The notes under the pieces are model-generated. The model was not told where the DNA came from. It searched no databases and saw only the letters and a program-made list of their open reading frames with translations. Both the position numbers and the translations under genes were made by a program. Below, one piece after another: positions 1 through 14,095 of a stretch of 64,000 nucleotides of DNA. The stretch lies in assembly GCA_965153355.1 (NCBI GenBank), contig OZ231126.1:3844001-3908000 (forward strand), read 5' to 3'. Numbering within the stretch: the first letter of the stretch is position 1; each line of letters starts with the position of its first letter. Origin of the DNA: Flaccisagitta enflata (taxonomy: Eukaryota).

Positions 1-225
1 GCAACTTCCACACTATTTCATGATAGAACCATTACATACAAGGTCATTGCCTCAATTGACCATATTGGTGAACAAATTGTACAAGGACATTACGTAGCAC
101 ACATCAATCATCAAAATCAGTGGTTTCGTTGTGATGATGATCGGATTGTTCCCCTTGGAGCTAACTCACATGAACCAACAGCCAACTCTTACATAATTCT
201 TCTACAGCTACAAAATCAGCGGTGA
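1..225 (+). CDS. 3' end of an ORF or exon encoding a ubiquitin-specific protease (peptidase C19)-like His-box
   Basis: Frame 1 reads ...YKVIASIDHIGEQIVQGHYVAHINHQNQWFRCDDDRIV...NSYIILLQLQNQR* (TGA at 223-225). This fits the USP pattern H-x-G...GHY...W-x-x-x-D-D-x-x-V...Y-x-L. Truncated by the window edge. Confidence 0.75.
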   Translation, partial: ATSTLFHDRTITYKVIASIDHIGEQIVQGHYVAHINHQNQWFRCDDDRIVPLGANSHEPTANSYIILLQLQNQR

Positions 226-1090
226 TTGCAATCATTAACAATTGTCTGTTTTTGTATTTGTTCATTAAGTGTTAACAACTGTCTGGAAACCTATATGTAT
301 TTAAGCGAAAACAAACTTGATAGTATGTGGTCCGTTTTATCTGTTGGTCTGTTTGTCCGGAGGCCCTAGGTGTTCTACAGGTTGATTCGCTGAGGCAGTT
401 GAATTTTAGACAAGCAGCATATGAGAAAGAAAAATTTTTTTAGCCCATGCTACTGCCACCCTCATGTAATCGAGGATATGACAACCTGACCTCCACGTGG
501 TGGGGCTCGTGCGAAGAAACGGAGTTTGAAAGAAGAACTTCATTTCTTTTACAAAGAGAGCACCGCTAACACATATTCGCTTCATAACAAAATTGAATTA
601 ACGCAGAACTAACTTTTTCATCCTAAAAATTTTTCTTAAAATCATTTTTCTTTTAAAAACAATTTTTTCTTGGATCACCAATTTTGGGCAATCTAATAGC
701 AACTGTGCATAAAAAAAAATCAAAAGCAGAAAAAACCAAAAAAAAAAAAAAAAAAAACAAACCACTGGGCAAAAAACCACTCTCATTTACAACTTTTTTC
801 CAGTCGGCGAGAGCCGCCTTTATTGGTAGATATAATGATTTGACGCTAAAACGTTATTTTCCAAAAAACTTATCACTTAACCTTATATTTTTTGCCTTTA
901 AGTACTTCTTTTAGCTCAAGTGATATGTTAGTTCAATCCTTTAGATGCGTCCATCTCTATAAGAGGCTTTGTCCGTCCGCTACACGGTTATTGCTGATTG
1001 CTATCTGTCACGCTGCTTGAAAACAATCGTAAAATGTTCGCAAAGTCGATTTCATCATTTTAGGTTCTGTTATAGGGCTGATGCAATGTT

Positions 1091-3523
<2,433 letters not shown>

Positions 3524-3584
<61 letters not shown>
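3524..3584. repeat. (GA)n microsatellite
   Basis: Perfect dinucleotide tract. Confidence 0.98.
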
Positions 3585-3586
<2 letters not shown>

Positions 3587-3742
3587 TTTGTCTGTCTGAG
3601 CTTATCAGTTTTAGTAAGAATGTCATTAACGAGCAAAGCCGCATGTGGACGCATCGTTGTACCCCCGGGTACTTGTTCACTAATGCGTTGTAACTCTTCA
3701 CTTGGAATAAAGAAGTGGTCAATACTTTTCAGAAAAAGGTAA

Positions 3743-4581
3743 GTGACCCAATTTACCCCACCTAGATGGGGTAAAATGGGTCACCTACTCGTTTTTAAAA
3801 AGGGGTGGGTTGCAACATTTTTTTCAGACAAACAGAGAATTTATGTTGTGTGCCAAAAATTGGCCCGTGAAAAATATATGTAGTCATCATGTGAAAAAAA
3901 AACAACAGAGCAACCGTCGCACGCTCCATCTTACCTTTACAAGATTGTGCATGACAACAATTACACATCATCACATAAAACATGGTTGAATACAGTTACA
4001 CCAAGAGTACTTTCATAACTGTTCCATTTTATTTTTATATTCGTGAATGAAACGTTTGCTCATGGAAAAAACAACTGATCAGACGAATAGACATAACCCC
4101 TTACGGAGATGCATATGGTCATGGAAGGGCAGAACCTTGTAGTATACTGTTACAGCCCACTTTGAAATGCCTTATCTCATAGCGTGACGTCATGAAGTAG
4201 TAGCATTATATGACGTCAAAGCGTGGCGTAACTATGTGGCGTCATGGCGTGGCGTAACGGCGTGGCGTGGCTACGGACTGTTGGTCAGCAAGTGTTGGCG
4301 GGTGTTGTTCAGCCTCCGTGGAAACTTGGCCATGAGACCCAAGTTTCCACGCCACGTATGTACGTCACGAAACGATTTCCGTATTTGCGGGCTGTTTATC
4401 GAGAGCAAGACTACCAGGGGTTGCCCCCCTCGCGCATTTCTTGGAGGCAATTTTCTTTTTTGTGGTAGTAGAGAAAACACACATTGTCCATAATCAATCA
4501 TAAGATTCTTCATTTTAATAAAAACTTAAAAGATGTTAAGAAAAAAATCGAAAAAGTGACCCATTTTACCCCACTTCACCC
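3743..4581. mobile_element. DNA-transposon remnant with repeated GTGACCCATTTTACCCCA motifs
   Basis: Near-perfect palindrome of the motif at 3743-3784 and another copy at 4556-4573 ending ..cttcacccta. Confidence 0.45.
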
Positions 4582-5340
4582 TAAATTTCTTTTGTTTGTG
4601 ATTGTTCTGCCTAGTTTTGTTTCCACTTGTTTTCATTTGTTTTTTATCAATTTCCATGTACGTAAGACAGCATCCCCCCAAAGGCAACATTTGTGTTTCA
4701 AAGAGGGTCAAAATGGAAATTTTGAATTAATGGAAATAGAAAAACAAGTGAAAAAAAAATGATTCAAATAGCTCAGACATAATATTTAAAAGAAAAATTT
4801 GCATTTATTTAGCAAGAAGGATCAAGTTTAGCCAATGTTACTAAAATAAATTTATTGAAAATTTCTACTTTTTTCATTTTTGGTCACTGATTACCGACAT
4901 GGCTGGTCTAAATTCTAAATCTATTAAAAATGAAAATATTAAAAAACAAAGAACATAGTTCTCTTCTCAAATCGATTACAGAGAGAACTATGTCTTTCAA
5001 ATGCAAAATTTCCCTGTGTATGGCTTTCTTAGAATTTAGACCACAGAGAATGAAAAAAAATGTAAGCAGAAATTTGCTAACAACCATCATTTTCATGCTG
5101 GTTTCCATGTGAATTGCATAGTTCTAATTACTTTTTAGGTCAGAATATGATAAAAAGGTATACACCAGGTGTCTTTAGAGACAAAATATCTATTAAAAGC
5201 ATTCCAGCTTCATTATCGTCCTGATAATGATGCAAAAAGTATGGTGAAACACTTAATTTTCCTTCAAAAATTCGCTGTCGTAATGTTTTCCACTTGCAAT
5301 TTTGAGGCACAATCTTAATATTTCTGTTGTTACAATGGAT

Positions 5341-5495
5341 AAGGCCGGATACACGGCAGGACAGTCGCGGACTGTTGGGCAGGAGCAGTAATGCAAAAAC
5401 CGCTCGCAATTCAGAAATGTGATGGACGGATGGACCAACGGATGGGCGGACCAACCGACACGGCAAGGTGTAGAGTCGTGTGTCCGAGACTGAAA
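5341..5495 (+). mobile_element. Helentron-associated/DINE-1-like short element (family AACAAGGCCGGATACACG...AGTCGCGTGCACGCGACTAAAA)
   Basis: Family 5' motif, internal GACG/GACC microsatellite and degenerate 3' palindrome. Many related copies in the window. Confidence 0.7.
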
Positions 5496-5611
5496 ACAAT
5501 CCAGTCCTGGTGACATCCAACAAAATATAAAGAAAATTCAATTTTGATCTAGAGAGTGCCTCTGTTTTGAGTTTCTATGGGATTGGTTTATGATTTTTCA
5601 ACCTACACCGT

Positions 5612-6548
5612 CTTTAAATCAAAATGGCAAATAGTAAACCTTTGTAGCTCCGTCATTATTAGTCCAAAAGCCTTGAAATTTTTAGTGACTATTGGTAACA
5701 ACTGACGTTTTTGCTATGCCAAAACTCAGAATTTGATACTGAATAGTTTGGGGTCAGTAAAACAAACATGGAATATGCCCAATTTTTAGGGCTGAATCTT
5801 TTTTCCTTGTCTTGTTAAAGAAGACTTGTCTTCATCAATATACAGATGTCAAAAAAATTGAGCTAGAACTCTGGGGTTGGTCTCAAATGATAGGAAATTT
5901 TTCAGAGATTACACATATACCAAAATTTTTTCAAAAAGTTGGAAATATTTTTAGGTTATCATCTGTTTTTGACAATCATTGCTAAAATCCAGACTGTCAA
6001 TCATTTGAAAATCATTCAAATCTTCAAAAATACAAAAAAATAATGAAACTTTTAAGCAGAACTTAAATTCATGAGTTGTAACTCTTCATTTAAGACCAAC
6101 CCCAGGGTTCGAGCTTGCTTAATCAGTAAAAAAAAAATAAATAAAAAGAGATTCTTCTATGTTTATCTGGGACATATTGATTTTTAGTCACATGCTACGC
6201 GACTCTACACCCCGCATAGTCGTTCCGTCGGTCCGTCCGTCACACTTTACTTTTTTGGCGTTAATGGGGGTTTTGGCCTTATTGCTCCTGCCCAAATGTT
6301 CAACTGACCTCAATTATGGCCCCTGCCCACCCGCACGCGACTGGGGTAGCCGTGTATCTGGCCTTGTTTTCCAAAAAGTTGATAACTTTTCAATGCTTTA
6401 ATGACCCCAAACTATTCAATATCAAAATCTGAGTTTTGGCATGACAAAATGATCAGCTGTTAGTAACATTCACTGAAAATTTGAAGACTTTTGGGCTAGT
6501 AGTTTTGGAGCTACAAAGGTTTACTATTTGCCATTTGGATTTAAAGAT
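5612..6548. mobile_element. Foldback/MITE-like element with long diverged inverted repeats
   Basis: 5612-5760 (aaatggcaaatagtaaacctttgtagctcc...) is the reverse complement of 6400-6548. A short element is inserted at 6181-6367. Confidence 0.7.
6181..6367 (-). mobile_element. Helentron/DINE-1-like short element
   Basis: tttttagtcacatgctacgcgactctac...cgtgtatctggccttgtt is a reverse copy of the family. Confidence 0.75.
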
Positions 6549-7054
6549 TTTTTTTGCCCAAGGTTATCCTCACATTCTCAACAAGCACCAAAAAAATCAT
6601 TTAATCGGTTTGGTTTTGTATTCATATTAGATAATTTGAGAGCAATATGTTTAACTGCAGCCTTCAATTTTTTCAACAATCAAAAAATTTGTAAAAAAAG
6701 TGATCTAACGAGGCCAAGCAGAATGATTTTGGTCAATCCGTTTAGATTTGAGAGCTTTTTAAACATATATTGTCCTTTGAAGGTTTAAACTGAAAACCTC
6801 AAAATAAGATCTTGGTAAAATGACAGTTTCTCTTCAAAACGCTGTCAAATGAAAATGGTTTGAGCTACTGACCTCTGCTTGGTCTTGAATGGTAGATATT
6901 TTGTCATAGTTTGTTGATCTGCTTTCATTTTTGAATTGGTTATTGCAGTTTAGCTGCTATAATGATGGTTAGGTGTCCATATATTTATTTCCTAGATAGT
7001 AGCCCCTGCCCTTTGATCTCCTGCCCTTTGATCTAGCCCTTACAACTACTGCTC

Positions 7055-7272
7055 ATGCCACTGCCGCCGCCACCTCCACAAAAGGAGGAAATGATAACTG
7101 CCCTATACACCACTACTACCACCACTGCTGCTGCCTCTGCTAAAGCTGCTGCCTTTACCATCAAGCTACTGCCCTCATCATACCCACCACCACACCCGCC
7201 GCCTCCACATAGGCTGCTTCCTTTATCTTTATTGCCGCCGCCGCCGCTTCAATCATGCTACTGCCCTCATTA
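7055..7272. repeat. GCC-rich degenerate minisatellite (also at 8205-8460 and 11120-11285)
   Basis: Recurrent ccgcctccac(a/t)..ggctgcttcccttatc and ccatcaagctactgccctcat units. Confidence 0.75.
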
Positions 7273-7445
7273 TACAGGATGTCTCCCGTCAAAAGTGACC
7301 AAAGAAAACGATGTAATTCTGCAATGGAAAATGATAAATTGAATCTGAAAAAAGTGTTGTAAAGCTCTGTAAAAACGATTTTATCTTGTTCTGATTGGTT
7401 TCAACCTTTTATCTTTTTTGCCCCTATTTAAAACGCATTTTAAAA

Positions 7446-7600
7446 AACAAGGCCGTATACACGAGCCGAAGTTTCATGCGGGTGGGCAGGAGCGGCTAAA
7501 AAGCTAAGCGAAGCTAAGTGTCACAGACTGACAGACCGACAGACCGACAGACCGACAGACCGACAGAGTGGGTTGTAGAGTCGCGTGCACGCGACTAAAA
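7446..7600 (+). mobile_element. Helentron/DINE-1-like short element
   Basis: aacaaggccgtatacacg start, (gacagacc)n, and perfect terminal palindrome agtcgcgtgcacgcgact followed by aaaa. Confidence 0.8.
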
Positions 7601-8721
7601 ACACTCATTTTGAAAAGTGCATTTATGCAGTTTTTGCATTTTCTAAGCAACTAAACCTTTAATCTTGAAATCAATGTCATTTCAAAACAAATTGAGCTAA
7701 ATCTGTGGGATTGGACTCATATCAAAGCTAATTTCAGAAATTTTATGAAAATGTTGTAACAGATCTAGTCAAAGCATATCAGATCAAAGAATTTACTTTT
7801 TCTTTGCCACTTTCAAAGTTTTGCTTTAAAAAGAGGATTTTTTTGAGTCGCTTAAACTAGTCCAAATACTAATGTAAAACAAAAATTCAAGTACATATAC
7901 AATCTACATTGAATTTAGATCAATCTTAGTCCAAACCTTGAATTTTTTCCTGATTCCATGAGCGAATTCATTGATTTGAAGTTCAAAAACTCTTAAAAAT
8001 CAACAACTTTCTTCTGAAATATGGAAAAAAGCTACTGTTTCTTTTTTTTTCTCAACAAAAAGTAGTCATTCCTCATAGGCTTTGAACCAAACAGCAAAAA
8101 ATCGTTTTTAAAGTGCTTTCTGAAACCGTTTTCAAATTTGATTTACCATTTCTAAAAGCAGACTCGTGTCGTTTTCTTTTGTCACAGTTGGCGGGAAACA
8201 CCCTGTACTCGCCGCCGCCACTGCCGCCTCCACTCAGGCTGCTTCCCTTATCATTGTTGTTGCCACCGCCGCCGCCTCCATCAAGCTACTGCCCTCATTT
8301 TACTTGCCGCCGCCGCCGCCACCTCCACATAGGCTGCTTTCCTTATCTTTATTGCCAATGCCGCCTCCACTCAGGCTGCTTCCCTTATCATAATTGCTGC
8401 ACTGCCGCTGCCTCCATCAAGATACTGCCTTCATCATACATGCAACCGCCGCCGCCTTCGGGTGTGTCAATAAGACACTAATTACAAAACACTTACCATT
8501 TTTATTTTTTTCAATTTCAATCATCTTCCGTTTTTTTAGCGCGAGTAAAGATTGTCAAAAATATATATACTTTTAGCGACTCTACCCAGTTTTGTTGAAA
8601 ATGAGACTGATATATCATTCAAACAAGGCCAACACCTATAAGTCGCGTGCAAGACTCTTGATACAATCTTTTTTAATTGACTCAATCAACAGAAATTAAT
8701 GAATTTACACAAATGACTGTC

Positions 8722-8935
8722 AGGATGCAATGTCGGGACGCAATGTCGGGACGCAATGTCGGGACACAATGTTGTAACCCAATGTCAGGACACAATGTCG
8801 GGTCGCAATGTCACGTCCCAATGTCGGGTCGCAATGTCAGGTTGCAATGTCAAGTCGCAATGTCAGGTCGCAGGGTCGGGTCGCATTGTCAGGTCACAGG
8901 GTTGAGTCGCAATGTCGGGTCGCAATGTCGGGTCC
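8722..8935. repeat. 12-bp minisatellite (gcaatgtcgggt-like unit)
   Basis: Visible degenerate tandem units. Confidence 0.9.
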
Positions 8936-10690
8936 CTAACTTAGGGCCCTAATCAGCGGGTCCCTAACTGGGGTCCCTTTAACTCGGGGGTCCCCAACTA
9001 GGTTCAAACCAGTCCTTAACTCGGGGTCCCTTAACTAGAAGGTCCTTAACTAGGGTTTGTAACTAGGGGTCCCTAACTAGAGGGGTCCCTTGTGGGGTTC
9101 CCAATCAGAGGGGCCCTAAAGGGGGTCCCTGGGTCTGAGGGGTCCTGCAAGGGGTCCCTAATTCAGAGGTCCCTAAAGGGGGTTCCTAACTAGAGGGTTC
9201 CCTTGGGGGTCCCTAACTAGAGGGGTCCCAAAGGGGGGTCCCTAACTAGAGGGGTCCCTAAAGGGGGTCCTTTCCCTAACTAGAGGGGGTCCTAAAGGGG
9301 GTCCCTAACTAGAGGGGTCCCTAAAGGGGGTCCCTAACTATGAGGGTCCTAAAGGGGTCCCTAATCAGGTCCCAAGGGGGTCCTTACTAGAGGGGTCTCT
9401 AAAGGGGGTCCCTTACTAGAGGGCTCCTAAAGGGGGTCCTTGACCAGGCCCTAAGTAAAGTCCAACCAGAGGGGGTCTCAAGGGGGTTCTAACTAAAGGG
9501 GGTCCTAAAGCGAGTCTCCACCTGAGGGTCTCAAAGGGGGTCCCTAACAAGAGGGGTCCTTAAAGGAGGTCTTTACTAGAGGGCCCCAAAGGTCTCAATT
9601 AAAGTCCTTGAAGTGGGTCCTTTAATCAGGGGTCCTAAGGCACCCTTACTAGAGGGGTCCCTAAAGGGGGTCCCTAACTAGAGGGGTCCCTAAAGGGGGT
9701 CCCTAACTAGAGGGGTCCCTAAAGGGGGTCCCTTACTAGAGGGGTCTCTAAAGGGGGTCCCTTACTAGAGGGGTCTCTAAAGGGGGTCCCTAACTAGAGG
9801 GGTCCCTAAAGGGGGTCCCTAACTAGAGGGGTCCCTAAAGGGGGTCCCTAACTAGAGGGGTCCCTAAAGGGGGTCCCTAACTAGAGGGGTCCCTAAAGGG
9901 GGTCCCTAACTAGAGGGGTCTCTAAAGGGGGTCCCTAACTAGAGGGGTTTCTAAAGGGGGTCCCTAACTAGAGGGGTCTCTATATGGGGTCCCTAACTAG
10001 AGGGGTCTCTATTGGGGGTCCCTAACTAGAGGGGTCTCTAAAGGGGGTCCCTAATTAGAGGGGTCTCTAAAGGGGGTCCCTAACTAGAGGGGTCCCCAAA
10101 GGGGGTCCCTAACTAGAGGTCCCAAAGGGGACCCCACTAGATGAACTTCTAAAGGGGGTCCCTAACTAGAGGGGGTCCCTAAAGGGGGTCCCTAACCAGA
10201 GGGGAAGTCCCTAAAGGGGGTCCCTAACTAGAGGGGTCCTAAGCAGTCTCCCTAACTAGAGGGGTCCTGTGCGGGGTCTCTTAACCAGAGGGGTTCCTTG
10301 GGCAATAGTCTTTAACTAGAAGGGTTCCAAGTGAGTCTCCACTAGAGGGGTCTGCAAGGGTCTCCACCAGAGGGGTCTTTGGGCAGTCTCTTAACTAGAG
10401 GGGGGTTCTACAAACCTTAATTCAGAGGGGCCCTGTAAAGGGGTTCCTCAACTAGAGGGGTCCTTTGGGGCGGGGTCCCAATTAAGAGTGGGTCCCCAAA
10501 AGGTCCCAACTAGAGGGGTCCTCAAGGGGTCCTTAATCAGAGGGGAAGGTCCTAAAGGGGGTCCCTAACCAGAGGGGCCCTCAAAGGGGGTCCCTAACTA
10601 GAGGGGTCCCCAAAGGGGGTCCCTAAGTAGAGGGGTTCTCTAAAGGGGTCCCTAACTAGGGGGTTCCTTGGGTTCAGGGGGTCCTCAACT
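8935..10690. repeat. 29-bp tandem array (TCCCTAACTAGAGGGG-TCCCTAAAGGGGG)
   Basis: Homogeneous at ~9650-10100 and degenerate toward the edges. It lies between a family start (aacaaggcc, ~8622) and a family end (agtcgcgtgcacacgactaaaa, ~10825). Confidence 0.95.
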
Positions 10691-11284
10691 ATATATGTAA
10701 CTAATTATATATATAACTATATATATAAAAAGAAAAAGTGGAAAAAGGGGACGGACGGACGGACGGACGGACGGAGGGACGGACCGACAAAGCGGAGTAT
10801 AGAGTCGCGTGCACACGACTAAAAATTATGATTTTTTTTGTTACTATTTCTTTTTATAAAAAGTAAGATATTTTGACCAATTCTTTTTGGATTAAAGAAT
10901 AGGATAAAAAATGGGTTCTGATTTTTATTCTTATGATCAAGAATCCCGGTGCAAAACCAGCTGCACTACAATATACAAATTAGGGGCTAAATGGAGATTT
11001 GAAAAAAACGGAAGATGAATGAAATTAGGAAAAACAAAAATGGTAAGTACCTTAGAATTAATGTCCCAACACTCCTTGATGATGACAATCTGATCAAAAA
11101 AGTTTTTTAAATTTTGACACACCCGACCGCCGCCTCCACTCTGTCTGCTTCCCTTATCATTATTGCCGCCGCCGCCGCCGCCTCCATCAAGCTACTGCCC
11201 TCATCATACTTGCCGCCGCCGCCGCCTCAAATTATGCTGCTAGCCTTATCTTTATTGCCGCCGCCGTCACCGCCTCCACTCAGG

Positions 11285-11610
11285 CAGAAGAGGAGGAGGA
11301 GGAGTGGAGGAGGCAATGAGGCCGCTGCGGCAGCGGCGGCAGCAGAGAAGGAGGAGGGATGCGGCGGCGGCAGAAGAGGAGGAGGGGAGGTGGCGGCGGC
11401 AGCGGTAGCGGCAGTGGCGGGAAGGAGGAGGAGGAGAGGGGGAGGAGGAGGTGGTGGCGGCGGCAGTGGCGAAGGAGGAGGTGGCGGCAGTGGAAGAGGA
11501 GGAGGTGGCGGCGGCGGGGAGGTGGAGAGGAGGAGGAGTTGGTGGCAGCGGGTAGGAAGAAGAGAGGAGGTGGCAGCAGAGGAGGAGGTAGGAGGCGGCA
11601 GCAGCGGAGA
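11285..11610. repeat. GGA/GGC low-complexity tract
   Basis: Trinucleotide-rich sequence; overlapping ORFs are homopolymeric. Confidence 0.85.
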
Positions 11611-12400
11611 TGTCTTTTTTCACTTTAATATTAAGGAAGTTGTGTGGCAGCATGGGAGGGGGCGACAGAGCTGGTTGGGCAGCAGTGGCGGAGGCGGCGA
11701 CTGGTTGGGGGCTATAACAGTGGCGGCTGTGGCAAACCCACTTATTTTTGAGTCAAGTTTGAGACAGACCACTGGGAGTCATTTTTCAGTCGATTTCGCG
11801 TCATAAAAATTTTCGCGTTACCTACCTACATACAGACCTTCCTTCCTACGGACACACCCTCTTATAGAGTCGCCTAGGCAGCGACTAAAAACCGAATCTT
11901 TTTATTTGCCATTAGAGTAACTTAATCAGTCAGTGAACAAAACAATATAGGTTTATTGGGAAAAAAATTGAAAAATGTTTTTCAATTTTTTGAGTCCCAG
12001 GCAAGGAATTAATGTTACCGTTTTTCGCTTGAGCCAATTTGAGAAAGATGAGTCAGAACTACGCTCGCCCGTGGCTGGGGTTAAAATTGATACAGGATGA
12101 AAGAGGGCACTTTTTTAAACCTTCTGAAAAAATAGCAGGGAACTGTCGGCCCAATACCTTACGCGCTATGAATTCTTTAATCTTTTTTTATCTTTTCACA
12201 TTTTCCAAAATTTTCCCAAATTTTGGGCCCCATGTAAAAACAAAAATAAGTTCAACAGTCCATGCCAAACTTTTATGACCAACCAACTGACCAACCAACC
12301 AACCTACCAACCAATGGACGGACATAGTGGGGTATAAAGTAGTGTAGCACGCTACTTAAGAAATATTTTTTACAAGTTCTGGTGCTCCATCTTGGTGCTC

Positions 12401-12542
<142 letters not shown>

Positions 12543-12605
12543 GGCGCATGAAGCAAAATGAGAGAGAAAAAAAGAAAACTAGAATAAGGAGTGAGAGGGA
12601 ATTGA

Positions 12606-13345
12606 AACAAGGCCGGATACACGGCTACCCTAGCTGCGTGCGGGTGGGCAGGAGCAGTGCTGAAGAAGGTCACAAGGGCATCTGGGCAGGAGCCGTATGC
12701 TCAAAAACGCCATAAAAGTAAAAAGTCGCAAAAGCGTCAGATGGTCAGCGGTACCCGTTGCCCCTAGGTTATTGTATGTTAGATGTGACGGTTAGAGGGG
12801 CAGCGGCCCCAAAGGAGCCGATGATCTCTGCTGAGTGAGGATTTTTGCATTGAGGCTAGGATACAAGACTCGAGGCCAGGATTTGAGCTATGAGGCTTAG
12901 ATCTGAGCCATGAGGCTGGAATTTGAGCCATGAGGCTGGGATTGGAGACATGAGGTTAGGATTTGGGCCTCTGGGCTAGGATTGGAGCCTTGAGGCTTGG
13001 GTGAGAGCTTTGGAGCTACTATTGGAGCCTTGAGGATTGGATTGGAGCATCAAGGCTGAGATTGGAGCCTTTGGGCAGGTATTAGAGCCTAGGGGCTGGG
13101 ATTAGAGCCTTGAGGCTGGAATTGGTGCCTCAAGGCTAAAATTTAGACTTCAAAGCCAGGGGAGGGGACGGAAGTGGGGAAGAAGGAGGAGAAATTTCCC
13201 CATATCTGTGAAAGCATATGTCATCGGCCCCTTTGGGACCACTGTCCAAAAGGGGACCGACTAACCAACCAACCAACCAACAGAATAATCGACCGTGCGA
13301 CAGACCAACATAGCGGGGTGTAGAGTCGTGTAGCACGCGATTAAA
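12606..13345 (+). mobile_element. Composite of Helentron/DINE-like elements with an internal ~20-bp tandem repeat (tgaggctgggattggagcct, 12850-13160)
   Basis: Family start at 12606 and family end at ~13345. A nested unit is bounded by the inverted gcagcggccccaaagg..gatga / tcatcggcccctttggg motifs. Confidence 0.65.
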
Positions 13346-14095
13346 AAACAAAAACAATCTTAAGATTTTTTTCTGGTTGGCGAGAGCCGCCTTTACATGT
13401 ATATAATTGGGAGAAAAGTTGAAGTCAATCCTTGACTTTTTGAAGTGTTTTAGAGAAACATTTTTATTTGCTTATCAAAAAGTTAGGAATCCCATCCAGC
13501 TGATTGTGGCTTCAAATGAAATCAATATGGAATATAGATTCTGTAATTTTTTTTTGGTGCCAAGCAAAGCGTTCTACAACATATATTTTTTTAGTTACGA
13601 CCAAGGCCGGGCGACTCATATAGGGTATTATATGGTGATAAGTAGGGATGTGGAAGCGATTGACCACTTCCAATTTAGAGAATGGGATAGCTACTAGTAT
13701 TTAAACTGTAAAATGGAAGCGGAAGCGGTGGAAGCAGCATTAAAATCAACCGCTTCCACATCCCAAGCATTAACAATACTTAGTATAAAGTATAGGGTTT
13801 AACCAATACTTACTAAGGGTATTGTTTTTTTATATATAATACAGTAAAACTTTTTTGAAAAAAAATAGTGAAACATTGAATAAGAAGATTAATCTAAATT
13901 AAAAAAGTCAGGGAGGGATATGCTGAAGAAAAATAATGATTAAACAAAGGTCAAATACAATAGTGAAAAATAAAAGTAGGAAAAAACAGACATAAGTATG
14001 GTGAGGAAGAAGAGGATAAACTGTATTAAGTATTTTATTAGTAAAAAAAAATGCAAGACCGCCCAAGCTTGGTTATGACTTTTCAAAAAAAATTT

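Noticed and set aside
8935-10690. CRISPR array or true telomere
   Set aside because: The units are head-to-tail without unique spacers, there are no cas genes, the context is eukaryotic, and CCCTAA is not in uninterrupted hexamer tandem.
11114-11806. 230-aa Gly/Ala/Arg-rich ORF
   Set aside because: Trinucleotide low-complexity repeat with a TTG start, no domain, and units shared with dispersed repeats.
13643-13765. hAT MITE (gggatgtggaagcg / cgcttccacatccc)
   Set aside because: Inverted ends are visible but there is no TSD and it is very short, so it was left unannotated.
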